Below, in pieces: positions 55,937 to 63,601 of a stretch of 64,000 bases of DNA. Source of the stretch: a virus; IMG/VR virus record IMGVR_UViG_3300037510_000657, positions 15,013 to 79,012 of that record. One strand, given 5' to 3'. Both the position numbers and the translations under genes were made by a program. Below the pieces are notes generated by a model. That model had not been told where the DNA came from. It searched no databases and saw only the letters and a list, made by a program, of their open reading frames with translations. Every line of letters starts with the position of its first letter. Positions within the stretch are counted from its first letter, which is position 1.

Positions 55937-55963
55937 CTAAGAGAAGGCCACAGGCGCCCTCTC
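55937..55963 (-). terminator. Conserved hairpin family copy
   Basis: CTAAGAGAAGGCCACAGGCGCCCTCTC. Confidence 0.6.
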
Positions 55964-55970
55964 CCTCGGC

Positions 55971-56228
55971 TCAGTTGAGCCGGTCGGTCTCGGGATCCCA
56001 GGGGCCGCCGGGACTGTGCATGTACTTCTTCATCGAGTTGATGGCATGACCCTGGGTGATGCCGTCGTGGCGCTTCGGATAGCCCTCGGGCGATATCCAG
56101 GCGCCCTTGACGTGCGGGTACTTCTCCCAGCCGTAGGCGAGTAGGTACGCCTTCTCGGCGAGGTCCAGGGCCTTGCTCGCGGCCTTGCGCAGCAGCTTCT
56201 TGATCTTCAGCTTCATGTTCGGCTCCAC
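55971..56228 (-). CDS. Hypothetical protein
   Basis: 85 aa. Confidence 0.5.
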   Translation of the reverse strand: MEPNMKLKIKKLLRKAASKALDLAEKAYLLAYGWEKYPHVKGAWISPEGYPKRHDGITQGHAINSMKKYMHSPGGPWDPETDRLN

Positions 56229-56237
56229 GTGTTCTCC

Positions 56238-57008
56238 CTACGCCGGCACGACGGCCGGCTCCTTGGCGAAGATGGTTTGGATCATCGGGACGGTGTCGAT
56301 GTAGCGGTCCGTCCGGAAGTGCAGCGGCTGGTCGAGGGTCTCCATCAGGAGGTTCGCCGCGCCGCCGGCGCGCTTGACTTTGTTGCTGGTGCGACGGTCC
56401 CAGCGAGCGTTGAGCGTGGTGATGGTGAGCGTGCACTCGATGTGCTTCCAGAAGTACGGGATGGTCTCGAGGAGGCGCTCGGTGAGGGGACCGGTGAAGT
56501 CGAGCCACGCGTCCGTGTAGAGCCGCGTGTTGACCTCGGCGAACTCCTCGAAGGTCGTGAGGTGGAAGCGCTTGATGAACGGCGTCTTCATCGTGCACGT
56601 CGACCGCATGAAGTCGTCGGGCAGGTGCTCGAGCCCGCGGTCGGCGCCGGGGATGTCCTTGAGCGCCGCCACGAAGATGGGAGGCTCGCGCTCGATGGAG
56701 GTGATGCTGGTGCGGGAGACCTTGCCCTCGGCGAGCTCGGGCTCGCGGAGCTTGAGCAGGTTCTTCTCGAAGTGCCACGTGATGCCGGGCATGGTGAGGA
56801 TGGAGATGGGCGTCTTCCGACGCAGCGGGGACAGCAGTCCCAGGATCTGAGCTCGAGCGTCGTCCTTTCCGTCCTTCCACGGTTCGGAGAACTGGGACCT
56901 GGCGAAGTTGACGCCGGGACTCTGGTTCTTCCGCTGCCGTACGATCGCGGCGAGCGACTCCATGTCCTGCTCCGGTCCCCAGTAGCGCTTGACCTTCTCA
57001 TTGCTCAT
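56238..57008 (-). CDS. Class I SAM-methyltransferase-like protein
   Basis: SILTMPG, SITSIERE, DAWLDF. Confidence 0.45.
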   Translation of the reverse strand: MSNEKVKRYWGPEQDMESLAAIVRQRKNQSPGVNFARSQFSEPWKDGKDDARAQILGLLSPLRRKTPISILTMPGITWHFEKNLLKLREPELAEGKVSRTSITSIEREPPIFVAALKDIPGADRGLEHLPDDFMRSTCTMKTPFIKRFHLTTFEEFAEVNTRLYTDAWLDFTGPLTERLLETIPYFWKHIECTLTITTLNARWDRRTSNKVKRAGGAANLLMETLDQPLHFRTDRYIDTVPMIQTIFAKEPAVVPA

Positions 57009-57021
57009 GTGCGGTCTCCTC

Positions 57022-57366
57022 CTAGCAACAGTCGCCGTTGTGACACTTGTGCTGTTGGAAAGCAGGGCACCGCTCGTCGTGACACGAGTGCACTTCCTGC
57101 CGCGGGTTCTTGGGCGTCGTTGTGGTCTCGGTAGTCGTCGTCCGAGAGACGTAGTGGATTTCGGATAGCCCGGAGCCCCCGAGTCGTTCCGTCATCTCGT
57201 CGATCTTCTTCTTGGCCTTCTTGACGCCGTCCGCGGCGCCGGCGCTGATGGCCAGAACGAAGCTCTTGGCTGCGCTCTGGATCATCAGGTACGTCACCAA
57301 CGCAGAGAAGGCGACGCTGAGGCCCACAGAAATCAGAATGACTAGCGCATCTTCTTTCATCACCAT
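57022..57366 (-). CDS. TM-anchored hypothetical protein
   Basis: SD AAGGAG; N-terminal TM. Confidence 0.5.
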   Translation of the reverse strand: MVMKEDALVILISVGLSVAFSALVTYLMIQSAAKSFVLAISAGAADGVKKAKKKIDEMTERLGGSGLSEIHYVSRTTTTETTTTPKNPRQEVHSCHDERCPAFQQHKCHNGDCC

Positions 57367-57402
57367 CTCCTTGTTGAGGACAAAGCAAGTCCCGTGCAGA
57401 TT

Positions 57403-57430
57403 CCTTATCTCCGCTGCGGTGCTCCGCTTT
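57403..57430 (-). promoter_or_regulatory. CAA-N16-GnnATAAGG motif copy
   Basis: AAA-N16-GAGATAAGG (CAA lies 2 nt further out). Confidence 0.55.
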
Positions 57431-57436
57431 TGCGAG

Positions 57437-57465
57437 CTAAGAGAAAGGCCACAGGCGCCTTCTCT
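57437..57465 (-). terminator. Conserved hairpin family copy
   Basis: CTAAGAGAAAGGCCACAGGCGCCTTCTCT. Confidence 0.6.
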
Positions 57466-57470
57466 CCCGA

Positions 57471-57827
57471 CTAGAGCTCGAGGTACTCGTCGCCGACGTC
57501 GCTGTTGTCGAACGACTTCGAGTTGTCCTCCTCGGTGAGGTCGAGGTGCTCGCGCTCCGGGTCGACGTTCCTCGCCGCCTCGCTGAGCTGACCGAGGACC
57601 GACTGCGCCCGCTCCGGGGAGACGGTGATGAGGGTCGGCTCTTCCTCCGCCGGCGGCAGGGTCTTGTTGTCGACCTGCTTGCCGAAGAGCGAAGCGATGA
57701 TGACCTCGGTGACGCCGCGAGGCTCGGAGCCGGCGGGCAGGTCCTTCGTGCGGAGCTCCCAGAGCTTGCGGGCCTGCCAGGGGGTGAGGCGGATGGTGAC
57801 ACGGCGGGTCTGCTTCATGTCGTTCAT
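57471..57827 (-). CDS. Putative RHH-like DNA-binding protein
   Basis: TRRVTIRLTPWQARKLWEL; SD AAGGAG. Confidence 0.45.
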   Translation of the reverse strand: MNDMKQTRRVTIRLTPWQARKLWELRTKDLPAGSEPRGVTEVIIASLFGKQVDNKTLPPAEEEPTLITVSPERAQSVLGQLSEAARNVDPEREHLDLTEEDNSKSFDNSDVGDEYLEL

Positions 57828-57990
57828 GGGGTCTCCTTGTCGTTCTGCTTGTAGAGCTTGGTGGCGAGGCTGGAGTGGATGACTCGCGAGAAGAACTTGC
57901 GGTACGCCTCCTCGCGGACCGGGTCGGCGGAGCGGGGCTTCTTCTGAACCCACACGCCATCGACCTCTTCCATGTCGATGACGTCTTTCA

Positions 57991-58422
57991 TCAGTTGCCC
58001 GAGGGGATGGAGACCAGGACCGGGGGGCTGACGTAGGTGCGGACCTCCGTCTCCTCTTCCTCCCAGGGGAAGGGCGCCCGGGCGTTGCGCCGGGAGTCCA
58101 GCCACGCCTCGAAGATGCGGGCGTCCTCCAGGGCCACTGCCGACTCCAGGGCGGCCTCGATGTTCCCGGTGGCGACGAAGGCATCCCGGACGTCCAGGAG
58201 GCGTTCACGGACCGTCACAGCCCGTTCCGTGACCACGTCCATGGTCGGCCGACCAGCCATGGTGACGCCTACCTCGTAGAGGGCCACGTCGATCTGGTCG
58301 ACCGCGGCGATGACCGCGCTGGTGGTCACCAGCATGGCATCCACCAGACCGAGGGTCAGGCGCGGCATGCGGTTGAGGGTCTTCGGAACGACGGTCTCGA
58401 ACAGCTCAGCGATGAATCCCAT
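57991..58422 (-). CDS. Hypothetical helical protein
   Basis: First gene after motif at 58471. Confidence 0.55.
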   Translation of the reverse strand: MGFIAELFETVVPKTLNRMPRLTLGLVDAMLVTTSAVIAAVDQIDVALYEVGVTMAGRPTMDVVTERAVTVRERLLDVRDAFVATGNIEAALESAVALEDARIFEAWLDSRRNARAPFPWEEEETEVRTYVSPPVLVSIPSGN

Positions 58423-58470
58423 GGTCTCTCTCCCCTTGGTGACAGGAAAACGAAGTGTTTTCCGCTAGAT

Positions 58471-58498
58471 CCTTATGCCACCAGGTGAGGAGAAATTG
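58471..58498 (-). promoter_or_regulatory. CAA-N16-GnnATAAGG motif copy
   Basis: CAA-N16-GGCATAAGG. Confidence 0.65.
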
Positions 58499-58589
58499 AG
58501 GGAAAACTGAGGGCTAAGGAAGCGCCGGGAGGGCGCTGTGGGGGTGGGATATGTCTGGGAGAGGTTCTCGGGCTTGAGGTCGCGGTGCG

Positions 58590-61163
58590 CTAGCCGTTCT
58601 TCTCGACGACCTCGGCCAGGCCGGTGTCCGCGACGAGCTGGGAGACGCCGCGGGCGACAGCCTCCTTGTCGTCCATCTGCTCGATGTCCGAACGGCTGAG
58701 GGAGACGTGGTTCTGGAAGAGGTACTCGCGCAGGCCGCTGGCGACGACCTCGCCGAAGGCCTCGCCGAGGACGACCAGGTCCGGCTTCTCCGCCTCCGGC
58801 TCCTCGAGGTGCTTGGCGTGGTTGAGCATCTGCGCCGCCGCGATCTCCAGGTGCTTGGCGGTCACGAGCAGCTTGCCGTTGCGGTCCTTGCTGCGGAAGC
58901 GGACGGCGGCGAGCTTGGAGCGCTCGACCGTCTCGCGGATGATGGCCGGGATCTGGCCGGCGAGCAGCTTGCCCACCTTGGTGAGGTCGGCGGAAGGGTC
59001 GATGATGTTGTGGCCGCTCTCCTCGACGCCGTAGACGTTGATGAGCTCCTGCACCGCCGTCGGGTCGGGCGGCAGGAAGGTGATGATGGCGTCCGTGCGG
59101 CCCGGGCGCATGAAGGCGGGGTGGATGGCGTCGACGTTGTTGCTGGTGAAGACGAGCATGACCTTGTCGTTCTTGCGGTCGACGCCGTCGATGGTGTTGA
59201 GCAGCTCGTCCATCTCGTCGTCGCGCATGCCCTCGGTGACGCGGTCCACGTCCTCGGCGAAGATGACGCAGGGCGCGTACTTCTTGGCGAAGTAGAGCGC
59301 CTTGGGCAGCTGCTTGAGGTCCTTCAGGTAGAGGTAGGTCCACCCGTTCTCCTCGCACTTGCGCGAGGTCACGTGGGCGGTGAGGGTCTTGCCGGTGCCG
59401 AACGTGCCCTCGAGCAGCACGGTGCGCCGGATGGGGATGCCGTTGTCGAGGCAGGCCTGCGTCTCCTCGATGGGCGTCCAGAGGTTCACCTCGACGAGCT
59501 CGCGGATGTCGGCGGGGAGTACGAGGGCGTTCGCCTTGCCGCGGGTGTCGATGAACGTCGGCGCGCGGAGCACGTCGAAGTTGATGTTGTCGGGGGTGAA
59601 GATGGTGAAGTCCACCTGGACCGCCTTGCCCTTGTAGATGGACTCCTTGGCGAGCATCTCCTCGGTCAGCTGCATGAGCTTGTCGGCCTGCGCACGCTCG
59701 CTGTTCTTGATGACGGCGCTGAGCACCAGGCAGGGCAGGCCGTTGTGGAAGGCGATGTTCGGCGTCAGCTTGCCCGAGAGACCGCGCACCTCGATGGGGC
59801 CCCACGGGACCTGCTGCTTGGTGCCGAGGCCGGTCTCGATGGTGAGCATCGTCGGCGGGATCTCGCCGAAGAAGGTGTCGGTGCCGGTGACGTGCGAGAA
59901 GCCGTAGACCTGGGCGATGGCCTTGTAGAGCGCCCACGCCGCGTCGAGCGGGTACCAGTCCTTGAACTTGTACGAGAAGTTGTAGGTCCGCTCGGCCTCC
60001 TCCTTCATCTTCGCCAGCCAGTAGATGGCGGTGTCGAGGTCCATGCCCTTGGGCAGGTTGATGTGCTGGGCGTTCGGGTCCTCCGTGAACATCACGTTCA
60101 CCGAGCTGAACTTCTCCAGCTGCTTGCCGAGCTTGTCGCCGAGAGCGTTGACGGTGTTCTTCTTGTCGGCCATGTTGTTCCCCTTGTTGTCCTGCGTTGC
60201 GTTGTCGTTGCGGGTGTTGACGAGCTGACGGACCAGCTCGTTGATGTCGTCGCCACTGGCGACTTCTTCGTCTTCGGGCGGAGGCGGGAGCGGGAAGACG
60301 TTGCCGTTGGCGTCGGCCTTCTCCTTGCGGACCTGGCAGTCCGGGTCCGTGCAGTTGCGGTCGTGGATGGCGGCTCCGACCTTCGCCAGGTTCTCCCTCG
60401 CTTCTTCGATCTTCGGGCGTACATACGGGTCGTCGTAGTACTCCTGCATCCACTTCTCCATGATTCCCGGAGGAGTGGCCTTCCCTTTTTCCCAGTACTC
60501 GAAGTTCGCCTTGGCCCTGGCGTGCTGGAGCGCGTCGAAGTCGATGTAGGAGATCTGGGCGAGGGCGACGCAGCGCTCCTTGATGTCGCGAAGCGTCGAC
60601 TCCGAGGGCGGCGACTTGCCGTATATGATGGCGACCTCGGTCTTCATGGCGAAGACCGAGTCCATCTTCGCCTTGGTGATGAACTCGGAGAGGAGCGTAC
60701 CCCACGCCTGTGCTGCGGCCGGGTCCGCGGCGGCGCCATCGGCGACCGTGTTGCCCCACTCGACGGCGTCCTCGGGGAGGTTGTCCTCTTCCGTGTACCA
60801 GACCCCGTCACGGGGGTCACTGAAGCCGCCTTCCTGCGCGGCCTTCCGGCACCCCATGAGGACGTCGAGCTCGCCGTCGATCTTCTCCATCAGGCGCTTG
60901 TCGCGGAGCATGCCGGCGATGAACTTGAGCTGGTCGATGGCTCGACGCGCGAGGTCGCCGCTCCTGCGGAAGACGTAGAACATCTCCCGGTAGGTGAAGT
61001 TGTAGGTCGTGCCCCGAAGGAACTCGAGCTGCCTCTCGCTCAGCGGAAGCTCGGGGAGCAGACCCTTCTCGATGTTGAGCGAGTCGAGCTCGTCGTCATT
61101 GCCGCCTTCCTCGACGGGCTCCTCCTCTTCTTCGTATCCGTCGTCGCTGTCTTCGTGTCCCAT
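58590..61163 (-). CDS. AAA+ ATPase (classical clade) with long N-terminal extension
   Basis: Walker A GTFGTGKT; Walker B IFAEDVD; SRH FMRPGRTD. Confidence 0.85.
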   Translation of the reverse strand: MGHEDSDDGYEEEEEPVEEGGNDDELDSLNIEKGLLPELPLSERQLEFLRGTTYNFTYREMFYVFRRSGDLARRAIDQLKFIAGMLRDKRLMEKIDGELDVLMGCRKAAQEGGFSDPRDGVWYTEEDNLPEDAVEWGNTVADGAAADPAAAQAWGTLLSEFITKAKMDSVFAMKTEVAIIYGKSPPSESTLRDIKERCVALAQISYIDFDALQHARAKANFEYWEKGKATPPGIMEKWMQEYYDDPYVRPKIEEARENLAKVGAAIHDRNCTDPDCQVRKEKADANGNVFPLPPPPEDEEVASGDDINELVRQLVNTRNDNATQDNKGNNMADKKNTVNALGDKLGKQLEKFSSVNVMFTEDPNAQHINLPKGMDLDTAIYWLAKMKEEAERTYNFSYKFKDWYPLDAAWALYKAIAQVYGFSHVTGTDTFFGEIPPTMLTIETGLGTKQQVPWGPIEVRGLSGKLTPNIAFHNGLPCLVLSAVIKNSERAQADKLMQLTEEMLAKESIYKGKAVQVDFTIFTPDNINFDVLRAPTFIDTRGKANALVLPADIRELVEVNLWTPIEETQACLDNGIPIRRTVLLEGTFGTGKTLTAHVTSRKCEENGWTYLYLKDLKQLPKALYFAKKYAPCVIFAEDVDRVTEGMRDDEMDELLNTIDGVDRKNDKVMLVFTSNNVDAIHPAFMRPGRTDAIITFLPPDPTAVQELINVYGVEESGHNIIDPSADLTKVGKLLAGQIPAIIRETVERSKLAAVRFRSKDRNGKLLVTAKHLEIAAAQMLNHAKHLEEPEAEKPDLVVLGEAFGEVVASGLREYLFQNHVSLSRSDIEQMDDKEAVARGVSQLVADTGLAEVVEKNG

Positions 61164-61220
61164 TCTTCCCTCCTTTGGTGACGAGAAAGAGACACTCGGC
61201 GTGCCTCTCTTCCTACCTTT

Positions 61221-61248
61221 CCTTATCTCGTAGAGGACACACGTATTG
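61221..61248 (-). promoter_or_regulatory. CAA-N16-GnnATAAGG motif copy
   Basis: CAA-N16-GAGATAAGG. Confidence 0.65.
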
Positions 61249-61300
61249 CGCGCTCTGCGAGCTAAGGAAAGAGGGCGGGGGATGGGAGGGGAGAGAGGAA

Positions 61301-61489
61301 CTACTTGGGGACGGAGGGCGAGGTGCCGATGCCAGCGACGAGCAGGTACTCGGCGTACGGATCGCTCGGCGAGGTGCCGATGCCGTTCTCCTGCGGCGGC
61401 GTGAAGACCACGCTACCGTCGCCGCCACGGACCTGCTTGAGGGCCTCGGTCGACAGCTGCTTGCGGGAAAGTGCGATGCGACTCTTCAT
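61301..61489 (-). CDS. Double-glycine-leader peptide precursor (bacteriocin/RiPP/pheromone-like)
   Basis: Leader ...LSTEALKQVRGG; core with GIGTSPS x2; SD GAAAGGAG. Confidence 0.7.
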   Translation of the reverse strand: MKSRIALSRKQLSTEALKQVRGGDGSVVFTPPQENGIGTSPSDPYAEYLLVAGIGTSPSVPK

Positions 61490-61513
61490 GGTGTGACTCC
61501 TTTCAACCGCATG

Positions 61514-61759
61514 CTAGCCAGTGACTTGTGCGTTGACCATCGCACCACCATGCGGCTGGACGTTGTTGATGCAAGACGCCTTCGTGCAGTAGCTCTGCCC
61601 GCAGGTCGTGCACTGGAGGTGGAAGTGATCCACGTGGGCGGGTTGGAAGATGTGGAAGGAGTCCGTGCCCTGCTCCGAGCAGTAGCAGGTTGCGTGGTGC
61701 GCAGGGAACACGTTCCCCTCAGCGTCCTCTTCTTCGAGGAGCTCCCAGCGGAGCGACAT
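61514..61759 (-). CDS. Cys/His-rich small protein
   Basis: SD AGGAGG; CYC...CTTCG. Confidence 0.5.
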   Translation of the reverse strand: MSLRWELLEEEDAEGNVFPAHHATCYCSEQGTDSFHIFQPAHVDHFHLQCTTCGQSYCTKASCINNVQPHGGAMVNAQVTG

Positions 61760-61943
61760 GCGCCCCTCCTTTCAGGTGTGTTGGGTTACTGCCGAGGCAG
61801 GTACTTGTAGAGACCGATGAGGCAGGCGACGAAGAGCGCGATGGTGAAGCTGATCAGGAACGCGACGACGTCACGGTCCTGGGCAGTGCAACGAGGACAG
61901 GCGACCTCGTCGACTTCTTGCGAATCGCGACACAGCGAACAGC

Positions 61944-62132
61944 TCATGAACCACCTCCCTGCTTGCTGGCCAAGACCCGAATCCGCTCTGCGACCGCTTC
62001 CTTGATGAAGTCGGAGACCGTTTGACCAACGTGTTTGGCCCACCCCTCGATGGAGTACCTCTCCTCTTGGGTCACCTTGGTCACCATGGTCTCGCAGCGC
62101 TTCTCACTGGCCTTCTTCTTCGGTCTGCCCAT
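61944..62132 (-). CDS. Ribbon-helix-helix DNA-binding protein, similar to 44218..44499
   Basis: MGRPKKK...VTKVTQEERYSIEGWAKHVGQTVSDFIKEAV. Confidence 0.6.
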   Translation of the reverse strand: MGRPKKKASEKRCETMVTKVTQEERYSIEGWAKHVGQTVSDFIKEAVAERIRVLASKQGGGS

Positions 62133-62138
62133 GTCCCC

Positions 62139-62167
62139 ATGATAGGAGAGCAAGAGCCGGCCGTCGA
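62139..62167 (-). promoter_or_regulatory. Sigma70-like promoter (leaderless candidate)
   Basis: TCGACG-N17-TATCAT, 6 nt before ATG 62132. Confidence 0.45.
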
Positions 62168-62169
62168 GG

Positions 62170-62616
62170 CTAGTTGCTGTGGTTCTTGTTCACGCGGGCG
62201 AGGGTGGCTCCGAGGACGGCGGCGGTCAGGGGATTCTCCCCGGCCTCCTTGTCCAGGTCGGTCACCTCGATGGTGTTGTCGACGACCCCCATCTCCTTGG
62301 CCACGTCATCGAGGAAGACGCGCTCGCACCGCAGCTTGAAGAGCTCGTCGCTCTCCTCCACGGTCAGGTGGAAGCAGTGCTGGTCGGGCGGCCGGCCAGA
62401 TGCCTTGCACCCCTTGCAGTGGAAGGTCCAGAGCAGACCCTTGCAGTGGACGCAGTTGTCCACGTACATCTTCAGGGCCGCAGGGTTGGTGCTGACGTAC
62501 CGGACCCTCGCCAGGGCAGCCGAGGCGATTGTCTCGATGGCCAGCTCGACCCTCTTGATGTCGAGGGCCAGGTCTTCCTTGCTGAGCGGACGCTTGAAAC
62601 TGAAGTTGTGTCCCAT
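62170..62616 (-). CDS. Zn-finger hypothetical protein
   Basis: CVHC...CKGC. Confidence 0.55.
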   Translation of the reverse strand: MGHNFSFKRPLSKEDLALDIKRVELAIETIASAALARVRYVSTNPAALKMYVDNCVHCKGLLWTFHCKGCKASGRPPDQHCFHLTVEESDELFKLRCERVFLDDVAKEMGVVDNTIEVTDLDKEAGENPLTAAVLGATLARVNKNHSN

Positions 62617-62619
62617 GGT

Positions 62620-62895
62620 TCACCCCCATCCATCCCGTGTCGGGCACAGGTGTTCGTGGCGTCTTCCGATGTAGTACGAGACGGTTCCGACGGCCGCAAT
62701 GGCGACCCCGGTGGTCCTCCCCATGAACAGGAGGACGAACATCGCGAGGATGCAGAGCACCGGGAAGCACCTGAGCAGGAAGTGGATGACCACCCACAGC
62801 CGTGCCTCGGCGTCGTAGTCGAAGAACGGCTTCTCTTCTCTCTCGACCCACTTCGGCCCTTCATCGGCCAGGTTCAGCTTGCGCGTCAGCGGCAT
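62620..62895 (-). CDS. Small 2-TM membrane protein
   Basis: SD AAGGAG. Confidence 0.5.
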   Translation of the reverse strand: MPLTRKLNLADEGPKWVEREEKPFFDYDAEARLWVVIHFLLRCFPVLCILAMFVLLFMGRTTGVAIAAVGTVSYYIGRRHEHLCPTRDGWG

Positions 62896-62932
62896 GGTCT
62901 CTCCTTGGAAAAAGACTTCCTGTCCACAAGGT

Positions 62933-62960
62933 CCTTATGCCCGCAGAACCGTTGGCTTTG
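62933..62960 (-). promoter_or_regulatory. CAA-N16-GnnATAAGG motif copy
   Basis: CAA-N16-GGCATAAGG. Confidence 0.65.
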
Positions 62961-62961
62961 A

Positions 62962-63023
62962 GCTAAAAAGCGGAGAGGGTGGTGGGGTCACCGGCGGGGG
63001 ACCGTAGGCCCACCACCCTCTCC
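62962..63023 (-). terminator. Long-stem terminator
   Basis: 15-bp perfect inverted repeat GGAGAGGGTGGTGGG/CCCACCACCCTCTCC followed by GCTTTTTAG on the minus strand. Confidence 0.7.
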
Positions 63024-63054
63024 TAGACACAAACGCAGGGCTTGCTGTCCTAGT

Positions 63055-63082
63055 TCTTATCTCGCGAAAGCAGCTAGATGTG
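63055..63082 (-). promoter_or_regulatory. CAA-N16-GnnATAAG motif copy
   Basis: CAC-N16-GAGATAAGA. Confidence 0.5.
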
Positions 63083-63589
63083 CATCTCCGCAGCAGCCGA
63101 GCAGCCGGCGCCGCAGTAGCGCCCGCCCGGGTAGGCGAGTGCTTCTCCGCAGCGCTCGCACAGGTACGAGACCGCGCTGCCGAGGTAGCGGTTGTACCGC
63201 TCGAGGTCGCCGTCGCTCAGGTCCGCGTAACTGCCGCCTTCCTCGTTCTCGGGGTCGGGGATGAACTTGGCGATGACGAAGGTGCCACGGACGCGGTGCA
63301 CTCCGACCTCGCCGGCGGGGAGCGGAACGGCGCCGCCCACGGCGACGACGAAGTCCGGCTTGAAGGCGGGTGCGCGAACGACATCCGGCACGGCGCGGTT
63401 GAAGGGAATCCCGGTCGCCTCCGCCTCCTCGTCGCAGAGCAGGTCGTTGCCGTCGCTGAGATGGACGATGCCGACAGGGCCGCTGATGAGCTCCCTGCAG
63501 TGGTCGAACGGGTTCCCGACGAACTCGACCTTCGGCGGCTTGCCGACGCTGACGGTGATGACTCGAAAGACCTTCTTCGCTTGTCCCAT
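63074..63589 (-). CDS. DUF3846-like protein with C-terminal Zn finger
   Basis: LLCDEEA...PFNR...VRGTFVIAK...DLSD; CERC...YCGAGC. Confidence 0.55.
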   Translation of the reverse strand: MGQAKKVFRVITVSVGKPPKVEFVGNPFDHCRELISGPVGIVHLSDGNDLLCDEEAEATGIPFNRAVPDVVRAPAFKPDFVVAVGGAVPLPAGEVGVHRVRGTFVIAKFIPDPENEEGGSYADLSDGDLERYNRYLGSAVSYLCERCGEALAYPGGRYCGAGCSAAAEMHI

Positions 63590-63601
63590 GGTTCTCTCCT
63601 C

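Noticed and set aside
58465-61181. ORFs 58465..60759 (-) and 58707..61181 (+)
   Set aside because: They are alternate-frame or antisense shadows of the AAA+ ATPase.
17912-63082. Repeated intergenic motifs as a CRISPR array or integron attC sites
   Set aside because: The repeats are dispersed over kilobases with no spacer periodicity. No cas or integron integrase gene is present, and the attC R/L box structure is not evident.
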